Shown here piece by piece: positions 9,330 to 18,556 of a stretch of DNA of 44,050 nucleotides. The notes under the pieces were generated by a model. The model did no database searches and had not been told where the DNA came from. It saw only the letters and a program-made list of their open reading frames with translations. The DNA is from Bacillota bacterium (GTDB lineage Bacteria; Bacillota; Clostridia; Oscillospirales; Acutalibacteraceae), in assembly GCA_023397245.1 (NCBI GenBank), contig JAEWUH010000235.1, positions 1 to 44,050 of the forward strand, read 5' to 3'. How positions within the stretch are numbered: position 1 is the first letter of the stretch; the number at the start of each line of letters is the position of its first letter. A program made the position numbers and the translations under genes.

Positions 9330-10709
9330 TTATTTCCTTTCGTGCAGCGGGACATAACTGCGGCGCGCGGAGATGCTCCGGTACGCCGGGCGGATAATTT
9401 TTCCGCAGTTGATCTGTTCTTCCATCAGATGAGCGCTCCAGCCGGCGATGCGCGCCATGGCGAAAACCGGGGTGTAAAGCTCCGGCGGAAGGCCAAGCAT
9501 ATGGTAAACGAAGCCGCTGTAAAAATCGATGTTTGCGCTTACGCCCTTGTAGGTTTTCCGCTCTTCGCCGATTACCTCGGGCGCAAGGCGCTCCACAAGG
9601 GAATAAAGCTTATATTCCTTGGTGAGACCCTTTTCTTCGGACAGGCTCTGCACAAATTTCTTAAAGATATTCGCGCGCGGATCGGAAAGCGAATAGACGG
9701 CATGCCCCATCCCGTAAATCAAACCGGAGTGGTCGAACGCCTGCTTGTTGAGCAGCTTTTTCAAATAATCCGCGACCTTCTTTTCATCTTCCCAGTCGTC
9801 GATATTCTTCTTCATGTCTTCAAACATCATCATGACCTTGATGTTCGCGCCGCCGTGCTTCGGCCCCTTTAAGGAGCTGAGCGCCGCCGCAATGACGGAA
9901 TAGGCGTCCGTTCCGGAGGAAGCGACCACGTGGGTGGTAAAGCTGGAGTTGTTGCCGCCGCCGTGCTCCGCGTGGAGAACCAGCGCCAAATCAAGAATCC
10001 GCGCCTCAAGCGCCGAATATTTATTGTCGATGCGCAGCATATGCAGGATGTTTTCCGCGGTGGAAAGCTCCGGCTGCGGCGCGTGAATAAAGAAGCTGTT
10101 GTTCCGGTTTGTGTTGTGCGCGTAAGCCTGGTATCCGTAAACCGCCAGCTGGGGGAACAGCGCGATCATTTCAAGGCACTGACGCAGCACGTTCGGCAGC
10201 GAAGTGTCGTTCGGCTTTTCATCGTAGGCATAGAGCGTAAGGATACTTCTGGCCAGCGTATTCATCATGTCGAAGGTGGGGGCCTTCATGATGATATCGC
10301 GGACAAAGTTGGTGGGCAGCGTGCGGTATTTGAACAGCAGCCCTTTAAACTCTTCCAGCTTTTGGGGAGAAGGCAGCTCGCCGAAGAGGAGCAGGTATGT
10401 AGTTTCCTCAAAGCCGAAACGGTCTTCTGCGATAAAGCCGCGCACGATGTCCTTTATATTGATTCCGCGGTAAAACAGCTCACCGTCGCAGGGAACGCTC
10501 CTGCCGTTCACTTCCTTTGAGGACACGATTTCGGAGATCTCGGTAAGCCCGGTCAGAACGCCTTTGCCGTTGATATCCCTCAGGCCGCGCTTTACATCAT
10601 ACTTTGCGTACAAACTCGAGTCGATGGTACTGTGGCTCTTGCAAAGAGCTGTTAATTCCTCAATTTCGGGTGTTACCGAAAAAAAATCATCGTTTGCGTT
10701 CCTGACCAT
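9330..10709 (-). CDS. Citrate synthase (citrate/2-methylcitrate synthase family)
   Basis: 459 aa with family motifs HAEHGGGNNSSFT and GLIYGMGHAVY....DPR. Confidence 0.85.
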   Translation of the reverse strand: MVRNANDDFFSVTPEIEELTALCKSHSTIDSSLYAKYDVKRGLRDINGKGVLTGLTEISEIVSSKEVNGRSVPCDGELFYRGINIKDIVRGFIAEDRFGFEETTYLLLFGELPSPQKLEEFKGLLFKYRTLPTNFVRDIIMKAPTFDMMNTLARSILTLYAYDEKPNDTSLPNVLRQCLEMIALFPQLAVYGYQAYAHNTNRNNSFFIHAPQPELSTAENILHMLRIDNKYSALEARILDLALVLHAEHGGGNNSSFTTHVVASSGTDAYSVIAAALSSLKGPKHGGANIKVMMMFEDMKKNIDDWEDEKKVADYLKKLLNKQAFDHSGLIYGMGHAVYSLSDPRANIFKKFVQSLSEEKGLTKEYKLYSLVERLAPEVIGEERKTYKGVSANIDFYSGFVYHMLGLPPELYTPVFAMARIAGWSAHLMEEQINCGKIIRPAYRSISARRSYVPLHERK

Positions 10710-10822
10710 ATTACACCTCTCCTTTTTCTGTATCAGATTCTGGTTTCGTTTTATAAATAACCGGTTCCGCCAGCTCCGTCTCAGACGGAAAACCGTTTGC
10801 AGAACCGTTTTATTATTTTCCC

Positions 10823-11272
10823 TTATGACTGCGGAATCTTGGTGAGAATTCTGGTTACGCTCCGAACCGCCGATTTAAATTCCTCGCAGTCGTTTTCATC
10901 CAGCGTATCCATAAAAGTTCTGAGTGAATCTGCGAACCATTCCCTGCCGCGTATGATGTACCGCGCCGTATCCTCCGATACGGAAATCCGGATTTTGCGC
11001 CGGTCGCCCGGATCACAGCTGCGTACGATGTGGCCTTCTTCATACAGCTTCTCGATCATCCGGCTCATCTGCTGGGGCGGCGTGTGCAGGCAGGCCGCCA
11101 GCTCGCCCATTGTCATCGGCCCGCTCGTGCAGAGGATGCACAGCGCATTAATCTGCAGGCTGGTAAACCGACCTTTAAAATAATCCTCAAAGGGTTTGGA
11201 AAGCTTGCGGTGGACAAAAACCATAAAATTAAAAATTTCCTCGTCTTTTTGGGCCGACGGGCTGTCTGTCAT
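10823..11272 (-). CDS. MarR family transcriptional regulator
   Basis: Winged-HTH pattern (LTSLQINALCIL...GPMTMGELA....VSRMIEKLYEEGHIVR..DPGDRRK). AAGGTGA lies 5 nt before the ATG at 11272. Confidence 0.8.
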   Translation of the reverse strand: MTDSPSAQKDEEIFNFMVFVHRKLSKPFEDYFKGRFTSLQINALCILCTSGPMTMGELAACLHTPPQQMSRMIEKLYEEGHIVRSCDPGDRRKIRISVSEDTARYIIRGREWFADSLRTFMDTLDENDCEEFKSAVRSVTRILTKIPQS

Positions 11273-11589
11273 TCCAATCACCTTTATTAAGGAACCACTG
11301 AAATTGGTACGGTAATCGATACGACCTGATTCAATCAGTGTTTCCTTGACTTTTCATTATAGTAAACATTTGATAAATATATATTAACGGATTCCGTGAA
11401 TTATGTCAACATCAATTCCATGAACGAACGATGAACATTGGTGACAAATCCCGACACAATCCGCCTTCCGGCGGTATCTCATGGCGTTTCCCGATTTCTG
11501 CATCTTCCAAAATTTTCTCTCTCCTATTCCCTCCCCCCGCGCTTAAGTTTTAGGTAATTTTAATTGCTGGCAATAGCTTCGTATGCCAA

Positions 11590-11633
11590 AAAAAACGCTC
11601 CCGCGGATGACGTAACCGTCCCCGCGGGAGCGC
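11590..11633 (-). terminator. Intrinsic terminator of the ABC-F gene
   Basis: Stem gctcccgcgg / ccgcgggagc with an 8-nt T-run on the minus strand. Confidence 0.8.
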
Positions 11634-11653
11634 TGAAATTGCAAATAGGTCTG

Positions 11654-13252
11654 TTACGATAGGATGCCGTCCCGTGCCTCCAGATATTCGTCGTAAGTCG
11701 TGACACGGTCAATTACGCCGTCCTCCGTAATTTCAATAATACGGTTGGCGACGGACTCCACGAACTGGTGGTCATGGGAAGCGAACAGCACGATCCCCTT
11801 GAAATCAATCAGGCCGTTGTTCACCGCTGTAATCGATTCCAGGTCGAGGTGGTTGGTGGGCTGGTCAAGCACGATCACATTCGCGCCGAACATCATCATG
11901 CGCGAAAGCATGCAGCGGACTTTCTCCCCGCCGGAAAGCACGTTAACCGGCTTTGTAACGTCGTCGCCGGAAAACAGCATCTTGCCGAGGAACCCGCGCA
12001 GATAAGTTTCTGTGGTATCTTTTGAATACTGTTCCAGCCATTTGATAATACTTAATTCACAGCCGTTGAAAAACGCGGAGTTATCCTGCGGAAAATAGGA
12101 CTGGCTTGTGCTGACGCCCCATTTAAAGCTGCCCTCGTCCGGCTCCAGCTCCCCCGTGATGATTTTAAACAGCGTGGTATTGGCGATTTCGTTGGAGCCC
12201 ACAAACGCGATCTTGTCGCCCTTGTTTACACGGAAGCTCACATTGTTCAGCACTTTTACCCCGTCCACGGTTTTGGTAAGGCCCTCCGCCTCAAGGATTT
12301 CCTTGCCGGGTTCACGGTCCATGGTAAAGCCGACAAACGGATAGCGGCGGGAAGACGCAGGCATTTCCTCCACCGTAATTTTATCGAGCAGCTTTTTGCG
12401 CGAAGTAGCCTGTTTTGACTTTGATTTATTGGCGGAAAAGCGCTGGATAAAGCTCTGCAGTTCCTTGATTTTGTCCTCCGCTTTTTTATTCTGGTCGCGC
12501 AGCATACGCTGGATCAGCTGGCTGGATTCATACCAGAAATCGTAGTTGCCGACATAAAGTTTAATTTTATTATAATCGATATCAACGATATGGGTGCAGA
12601 CATTGTTGAGGAAATGCCGGTCATGGGAAACGACGATCACCGTTCCGGCGTAATCCATCAAAAAGCCCTCGAGCCACGCGATGGATTTGTTGTCCAGATC
12701 ATTGGTCGGCTCGTCCAGAAGAATGATGTCCGGCTGGCCGAACAGCGCACGCGCAAGCAGCACCTTGACCTTCTCCGCGCCGGTAAGGGAATTCATCAAA
12801 GAATACAGCATCGCGTTATCCTCACCAAGGCCCTGCAGCAGGCGGCCCGCCTCGGTTTCGGCCTCCCAGCCGTTCAGCTCGGCAAATTCGGCTTCCAAAT
12901 CCGCCGCAAGGATTCCGTCTTCATCGGAAAAGTCCTCCTTGGCGTAAAGCGCATCCTTCTGCTTGAGCACCTCGTAAAGGCGGGGATTTCCCATTAAAAT
13001 GGTTTCAAAGACCGTGTAGGAGTCGTAGGCGTGGTGATCCTGCTTCAGGACGGACATGCGCAGCTTGGGATCGATCGTAATGTCGCCCTTAGTCGGCTCC
13101 AGTTCCCCGGAAAGCAGTTTTAAAAAGGTGGATTTGCCCGCGCCGTTGGCGCCGATTACGCCGTAGCAGTTTCCGGCGGTAAAAAGCAGGTTGACGTGCG
13201 AAAATAAACTCTGGCCGTTAAAGCTCAGACCGAGATCGGATACAGTAATCAT
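11654..13252 (-). CDS. ABC-F family translation-associated ATPase (YbiT/YkpA-like)
   Basis: Two ABC domains joined by a basic linker (QSFIQRFSANKSKSKQATSRKK). No TM segments. By eye it is collinear along its length with E. coli YbiT and B. subtilis YkpA as I remember them. Confidence 0.85.
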   Translation of the reverse strand: MITVSDLGLSFNGQSLFSHVNLLFTAGNCYGVIGANGAGKSTFLKLLSGELEPTKGDITIDPKLRMSVLKQDHHAYDSYTVFETILMGNPRLYEVLKQKDALYAKEDFSDEDGILAADLEAEFAELNGWEAETEAGRLLQGLGEDNAMLYSLMNSLTGAEKVKVLLARALFGQPDIILLDEPTNDLDNKSIAWLEGFLMDYAGTVIVVSHDRHFLNNVCTHIVDIDYNKIKLYVGNYDFWYESSQLIQRMLRDQNKKAEDKIKELQSFIQRFSANKSKSKQATSRKKLLDKITVEEMPASSRRYPFVGFTMDREPGKEILEAEGLTKTVDGVKVLNNVSFRVNKGDKIAFVGSNEIANTTLFKIITGELEPDEGSFKWGVSTSQSYFPQDNSAFFNGCELSIIKWLEQYSKDTTETYLRGFLGKMLFSGDDVTKPVNVLSGGEKVRCMLSRMMMFGANVIVLDQPTNHLDLESITAVNNGLIDFKGIVLFASHDHQFVESVANRIIEITEDGVIDRVTTYDEYLEARDGILS

Positions 13253-13470
13253 AGTTCCTCCAAATTATTTTAAACGGCAAGCCGGCACAGGATCATTTTA
13301 CGCGGTTCGGCTTTGCCGTCAGCTGATAATATACTGAATTTAATTGTATCATAAATCGCCGCAGATAAAAATGGTTGAAACGATGAAGTAACGGCGGCAA
13401 TACTTGTTATTTTTGAGAATCACTGCTATAATAAGATCATTGTTGCAGGCTGTATCGTCTGTTTTTTGAG

Positions 13471-13851
13471 GTGATTTCGTTGAAGATACAGGAATCCGGC
13501 GAAAACTATCTGGAAACCATATTAATACTGCATAATAAAAATCAAAGCGTCCGTTCCACCGATGTCGCAAGCGAGCTCAACTACTCAAAGGCAAGCGTGA
13601 GCCGCGCCATGGGCATTTTAAAGGAAGCCGGCTTCCTCATCATGGAGCAGAACGGAAACCTGATCCTCACCGAAGAAGGCCGCAGAAAAGCCGAGGCGGT
13701 TTATGAGCGCCATATGCTGATTGCCAGATTTCTTGAAATGACGCTTGGCGTAAGCCCGGAAACTGCGGCGCAGGATTCCTGCCGGATCGAACATATCATC
13801 AGCGACGAAAGCTTTGAGCGTATCAAGCAGTATATTCAAAAGAAGCCATAA
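13471..13851 (+). CDS. DtxR/MntR-family metal-dependent transcriptional regulator
   Basis: ESGENYLETILIL...VRSTDVASELNYSKASVSRAM is the DtxR-type HTH, followed by a dimerisation/metal domain. The TTG at 13480 (GAGGTGA upstream) is a likely alternative start. Confidence 0.8.
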   Translation: MISLKIQESGENYLETILILHNKNQSVRSTDVASELNYSKASVSRAMGILKEAGFLIMEQNGNLILTEEGRRKAEAVYERHMLIARFLEMTLGVSPETAAQDSCRIEHIISDESFERIKQYIQKKP

Positions 13852-13901
13852 ATTTTCGCCCGGTTTCACACGGGGCGGTTTGCTTTTAGGAGAGGTGCCA
13901 T

Positions 13902-14810
13902 ATGAATTTTGTCAGTGCCGCCTGCCCGCATTGCGGGAAGGAGCTTCAAATACCCGAAGATGCGGAAAAAATAGTCTGCATGTACTGTGCGCAGCCAATC
14001 GACGTAAAGGCTTTGCTGGCTAAGCCCGAAGAAAGCGACGCCGGAGATTATGAGAGGCTCATGGGAGAAGCGGAAGCGCTTCTGACGGAGGAACTCTTCA
14101 GGGACCGGATTCAGTCTACGCCTTTAAAGCGCAATACGTATCCCGAAGATTTTCAAAGCTACGAGGCGGAGATCAGCCCCGCAATCCGAAAGTACTGCCT
14201 TGCCGCCGCGGGAAACGAGGAAGCGGCCGCGGAACATTTCGCCGGGGTACTTTTCAGCCGGTTTTTAAAGCATTTTGAAGCGGAAGGCCTGAAAAAGGAA
14301 ACCGACCCGCGCTTTTTTGACTACCGCTACCTGATCGTCGCGTTCACCGTGCCGGCAATCCTGGAGCAGAAGGTTCCGGCTGCCGAAACGCTCGCGGATG
14401 CTTTCCTTGAAAAATGGAACGGGCATTACACCAAAAACAAGCTGGGTAAATCCAGCTATGAAAGTATCAACAACGGATTTAAGAAAAAGCTGTGCTATAT
14501 CACGACCGCGGTTTGCACCTCTCTGGGAAAAGGCGACAGCTGTGAAGAGCTGAACGCCTTCCGCCGGTTCCGCGACGATTGGCTGGCCGGCACCCCCGCC
14601 GGGGAAGCAAAGATTGGGGAGTACTATTTATTCGCGCCGATGATCGTCCGGGCCATCGACCGTTCGGAAGAAAAAGAGGACGTTTACCGCGAAATCTGGA
14701 GCGGGCACCTTATGCCGTGCCTGAACCTCATCCGTTCCGGCGAGCTGCAGGAATGCGCCCGGGAATATGAGGCTATGGTTCTTGAGCTTGAATCAAAATG
14801 GTTAAACTGA
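13902..14810 (+). CDS. Hypothetical protein with an N-terminal zinc ribbon and a C-terminal Cys-motif module
   Basis: CPHCG-x16-CMYC zinc ribbon at the N-terminus. The C-terminal CYITTAVC...GDSCEELNAFRRFRDDWL...EYYLFAPMIV resembles a conserved module of unknown function that I have seen in other Firmicutes. AGGAGAGG RBS; 50 nt after the DtxR-like gene. Confidence 0.6.
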   Translation: MNFVSAACPHCGKELQIPEDAEKIVCMYCAQPIDVKALLAKPEESDAGDYERLMGEAEALLTEELFRDRIQSTPLKRNTYPEDFQSYEAEISPAIRKYCLAAAGNEEAAAEHFAGVLFSRFLKHFEAEGLKKETDPRFFDYRYLIVAFTVPAILEQKVPAAETLADAFLEKWNGHYTKNKLGKSSYESINNGFKKKLCYITTAVCTSLGKGDSCEELNAFRRFRDDWLAGTPAGEAKIGEYYLFAPMIVRAIDRSEEKEDVYREIWSGHLMPCLNLIRSGELQECAREYEAMVLELESKWLN

Positions 14811-14891
14811 TTTTAACTGTAAAAACAGCAACGGCACCTGCCCTTACCGGGCCGGGTGCCATTTTCTTATTTGTTTCATAACCGATCCGCG

Positions 14892-15365
14892 CTATTTTTC
14901 GTCGCTCCAGTCAACAAACCCGAACGCGCCCTGGCTACCCGCTTCTTCCATGAGCTTAAGCATCTCCAGAGCGCTGCGGAAATGCTTTGTACGGTTCTGT
15001 TCCGTCCACGTTATGGTCCCCTGCCAGGTTGCATTCTGCCGGTACTGAACATTTACAACAAAAGTCGTTTTACTGTTCTGCATCAATTCCTGTAAGTCAT
15101 CTTCCATGATTTCTTCCGCCTTCACAATAATCTTTCTGTTTTTTTTGCCGAAAAAGCTGCGGCCCTCAAACAGAGTTTCCGGGAAATCGACGCTGTCAAA
15201 TAAATCCTGCATGGCATCCAGCATTTGAATTTCGCTTTCGAACCGAACGGATTTCTTATAATGCTCGCTGTACAGACAGCCTTTCATATGATCGGCCTGC
15301 ATCGAACCCAGATAAATAACGCATCGGGACGGATTTACCTTTATTGTTCCTTCCATGCGCTGCAT
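14892..15365 (-). CDS. Hypothetical protein (orphan, ~157 aa)
   Basis: Clean ORF with GGGGGAG upstream of the ATG at 15365. It is convergent with the previous gene. No motif recognised. Confidence 0.5.
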   Translation of the reverse strand: MQRMEGTIKVNPSRCVIYLGSMQADHMKGCLYSEHYKKSVRFESEIQMLDAMQDLFDSVDFPETLFEGRSFFGKKNRKIIVKAEEIMEDDLQELMQNSKTTFVVNVQYRQNATWQGTITWTEQNRTKHFRSALEMLKLMEEAGSQGAFGFVDWSDEK

Positions 15366-15526
15366 TCGCTCTATCTCCCCCAATATTAATTCTTAATAAT
15401 TATACTAAATTTAAATTTAAAATTCTACAGATTTTTACTAATTTTATGAAGCATCTGCAATCTTTTTAAGTACAAAGAACCTGTAAATGGCTATAGCAGA
15501 CCACCGGATATTCTTCTCAAAGAAAA

Positions 15527-15564
15527 AGCCGTATGAAAGCTGGAAATTCCAGTTTCATACGGCT
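15527..15564 (-). terminator. Intrinsic terminator of the murQ-murR-HAD operon
   Basis: 12-bp stem agccgtatgaaa / tttcatacggct with T-runs on both strands, about 85 nt after the HAD stop. Confidence 0.8.
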
Positions 15565-15647
15565 TCTTTTCTTCTACCTATAAAATGAATATCGGCATGG
15601 ATTTACGGGCAGATCGTTCTTCTTCCCTGTTTCCGATCGGCCGGCTC

Positions 15648-16469
15648 CTATAACGCATATTTCTCAATCGCACGGGCCGCGCCGTCCCGGTCGTTGCTGA
15701 GCGTAACATCGTTTGCCGCCTGTTTCACACAGTCGCAGGCGTTGCCCATCGCAACCCCCACCCCACAGGCCTGTAGCATTTCGATATCGTTTTCACTATC
15801 CCCTATGGCAAGCACGTTCTCCATGCGAATCTTCAGGAAGCGCCGGCACAGGCTTTGCAGTCCGAACGCCTTGGACACATTTGAGTGCATGATTTCAATG
15901 CCTGCGCCCGTATCGACGAGGGAAAACTTGGAATTTTCGGATAACAGTCTCCACAGCTTCGGCTTGATGGAAGCAGGAATCAGCGGAAGATTGATTTTTT
16001 CAATCCCGCCCGGTATGCCGCTTACAAATGAAATCAGATTTCCGGCATCCGTTCCGATTTTTCGAAGGACTTCCACATGAAACGGATGCAGCGGATATTC
16101 GGAAGAGCGGAATAATTGTTCCCCGGCTACATATATTTTCCCGTGGCGCCAAATCTCCACCCAAATCTGCGGCGGCAGACGGTTTAAAATCCATAAAGCA
16201 TCTCCGGCAGGAATGCAGCTTGAGCAAACCGATTTCTGATTTTTTAAGCTATATATGACCGAACCGTTTGAAGTAACAGCGCTGTCAATCCCGGAGATCG
16301 AGGTGATTGCGGACGGCAGGACGGTATAAATCCGTCCGCTGGCCGGAATGACCGGAATGTTCCGCGCAATCGCCGACTTAATTGCCTGTTTTGTCCGGTC
16401 CGAAACGCTTTTGTGATCATTTTGCAGCGCCGTGCCGTCCAGGTCCAAAGCGATTAACTTTATTTCCAA
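15648..16469 (-). CDS. Cof-type HAD-IIB phosphatase
   Basis: N-terminal DLDGT motif, a cap region, and the C-terminal GDSENDIEM motif. Confidence 0.85.
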   Translation of the reverse strand: MEIKLIALDLDGTALQNDHKSVSDRTKQAIKSAIARNIPVIPASGRIYTVLPSAITSISGIDSAVTSNGSVIYSLKNQKSVCSSCIPAGDALWILNRLPPQIWVEIWRHGKIYVAGEQLFRSSEYPLHPFHVEVLRKIGTDAGNLISFVSGIPGGIEKINLPLIPASIKPKLWRLLSENSKFSLVDTGAGIEIMHSNVSKAFGLQSLCRRFLKIRMENVLAIGDSENDIEMLQACGVGVAMGNACDCVKQAANDVTLSNDRDGAARAIEKYAL

Positions 16470-16475
16470 AACAAA

Positions 16476-17321
16476 TCACGAACCTTGTTTATAACGTTTA
16501 ATAATTTCCTTTGTTTTCACCAGGCAATCCTTTGTCATCTCAATATTATTTTTCGCCACACCCATATAAAGCAGATCCGTAATAATCAGAGAAGCGTTTC
16601 TGGAAGCAATCGCGCCCAGCCGCAGCTCCCGCTCCGTTGTGGGGATATACAGTAAAATATCGGCGAATTTTGTCAACGTGCTTTTCCGGAACTGCGTTAT
16701 GGCAATGGTAGCGGCACCCTTCTCTTTTGCGAACTTCATCGCCGTATTTACCTCATGCGTTTTCCCGCTGTAACTGACGGCGATTGCGGCATCGCGCTCC
16801 GTAATATAGGCCGCGGAAGCAAGCTGGTCGTGGAAATCGCTGTGATAGATTGCATACCGGTTGATTCTGGACAGCTTTTCCATAAGATCCATACATACAA
16901 TTCCGGAACCGCTGACGCCGAAGAGATAGATCTTGCGGGAGTTTAAAATTGCGGCAACCGCCTTTTCCAGACTTTCAACATTTAACAGGCGATACGCCTG
17001 ATCCTGAAGCATGCTGTTCAGGTTTTCCGCTTTTTTTACCACAACCTCCATCAAATCGCGCTCATTGATCATATCGTCAAAATTCGTAATATCGTCGGTG
17101 CTGTCTCTTGCAAGATCCACCTTCAGCGCCGTAAAGCCCTGGTACCCCAGCTTATGGGAAAAGCGTATGACGGCGGCGGCCGAAACTCCGACTCTTTCGC
17201 CCAGAATCTGTGCGGAGCTCAGAGTAACCTCATTGGTATTCTGCAGAATGTAACCGGCAAGCTTTTTTTCCGTATCCGTATAGCTTGCCATGCCCTCACG
17301 GATCTTATAAATACAGCTCAT
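16476..17321 (-). CDS. murR: MurR/RpiR family transcriptional regulator (HTH_6 + SIS)
   Basis: N-terminal RpiR-type HTH (LSSAQILGERVGVSAAAVIRFSHKLGYQGF) and a C-terminal SIS domain (FGVSGSG). It is adjacent to murQ. Confidence 0.8.
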   Translation of the reverse strand: MSCIYKIREGMASYTDTEKKLAGYILQNTNEVTLSSAQILGERVGVSAAAVIRFSHKLGYQGFTALKVDLARDSTDDITNFDDMINERDLMEVVVKKAENLNSMLQDQAYRLLNVESLEKAVAAILNSRKIYLFGVSGSGIVCMDLMEKLSRINRYAIYHSDFHDQLASAAYITERDAAIAVSYSGKTHEVNTAMKFAKEKGAATIAITQFRKSTLTKFADILLYIPTTERELRLGAIASRNASLIITDLLYMGVAKNNIEMTKDCLVKTKEIIKRYKQGS

Positions 17322-17330
17322 TTTGCGGAT

Positions 17331-18278
17331 TCACTGTCCTTCTTTTCTTTCCGAAATTTCCTGTGCAGCACCTTTTTTCAGCGAACGGATCGCCTTTGCG
17401 ATGTTCCCGTTATTGCTGCTTAAAATAGCGCCGCAGTCCTTACAGGAAAGCCCTGTAAGGGCCATGCATATCGCTATTTTAACATTTGAACCACTTTTTT
17501 GCAAAAAATCCTCCGCTTCCCCGTAACCGCATCCGCTGCTGGAAACAATAATGCGCTTGGCGCGCTCCACCAGCTTTTCATTTGTGGGCTGCACGTCAAC
17601 CATCAGGTTTTTATAAACCTTGCCGCATTTTATCATGAGGGAAGTGGAAATCATGTTCAAAATCATCTTTTGCGCCGTGCCGGCTTTCATCCTTGTGGAA
17701 CCGGTAACCACTTCCGGCCCCACGACCGCCTCAATTCCGGTTTTTGCGTGCTGTGAAATTTCAGCATTGTGCACACAGCTGACGGCACCGGTATAGGCGC
17801 CGATTTCATTGGCATAGTCAAGCCCGCCGATGACATAGGGAGTCCTTCCGCTTGCAGCCAGACCGATTACGGTATCGTTCCGGGTAAGCCCGGCTTGAAT
17901 CAGATCGTCCCGGGCCAGCCCGGAGTCGTCCTCCGCACCTTCCTTTGCTTTGATTAACGCCCCCAAGCCGCCGGCGATAATGCCCTGGATCAAAGAGGCG
18001 TCCACTCCGTAGGTCGGCGGGCATTCGCTGGCATCCAGTACGCCCAGCCTGCCGGAAGTACCCGCTCCGATATAAATGACGCGCCCTCCGCGCAGCATAC
18101 GCTCATAAATACGGTCGACGAGCTCGCCAACCGCAGGCAATATTTTTTCAACCGCAAGGGCAACCGTCTGATCTTCCCGGTTTATCACCCTTAAAATATC
18201 CGGCGTTTCCATCCGGTCAATATTCTGGCTGTTCAGATTGATTTGCTCCGTATCAAGAACATTCAAATTTACTTCCAT
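17331..18278 (-). CDS. murQ: N-acetylmuramic acid 6-phosphate etherase
   Basis: SIS-domain etherase pattern: TE..N..S..ID, GRVIYIGAGTSGRLG, and DASECPPT(Y/F)G. Confidence 0.85.
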   Translation of the reverse strand: MEVNLNVLDTEQINLNSQNIDRMETPDILRVINREDQTVALAVEKILPAVGELVDRIYERMLRGGRVIYIGAGTSGRLGVLDASECPPTYGVDASLIQGIIAGGLGALIKAKEGAEDDSGLARDDLIQAGLTRNDTVIGLAASGRTPYVIGGLDYANEIGAYTGAVSCVHNAEISQHAKTGIEAVVGPEVVTGSTRMKAGTAQKMILNMISTSLMIKCGKVYKNLMVDVQPTNEKLVERAKRIIVSSSGCGYGEAEDFLQKSGSNVKIAICMALTGLSCKDCGAILSSNNGNIAKAIRSLKKGAAQEISERKEGQ

Positions 18279-18528
18279 ATTCGGCGATCTCCCCTGTATC
18301 CGTTCAAATACATCAAAATTTCAAAATAAAATCTGTGCAAATTGTTCTGCCCATATTATAGCATTTTAAAATTTAATTTCAACAATTAATTTTATTTAAT
18401 TAAATTTGTTTTCAGATTACAATTTAATAAAACAACGTTTTTTCGCCCAATTACTAAATATATTAAGCATCTTACAGGGATATGTTAAAATATTATTTTA
18501 TTACATTGCATATTTTTTTGAAATATTA

Positions 18529-18556
18529 TTGACTTATAATATTAATTATGTATAAT
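18529..18556 (+). promoter_or_regulatory. Sigma-A type promoter for the murP-mupG-HPr operon
   Basis: TTGACT (18529-18534), 16-nt spacer, TATAAT (18551-18556). It lies inside a ~260-bp AT-rich divergent control region. Confidence 0.5.

Noticed and set aside
11654-13252. ABC-F protein as an antibiotic-resistance (ARE: Vga/Lsa/Msr/OptrA-like) determinant.
   Set aside because: By eye it is collinear with housekeeping YbiT/YkpA-type proteins along its whole length, including the linker. There is no mobile-element context and no leader-peptide attenuator upstream.
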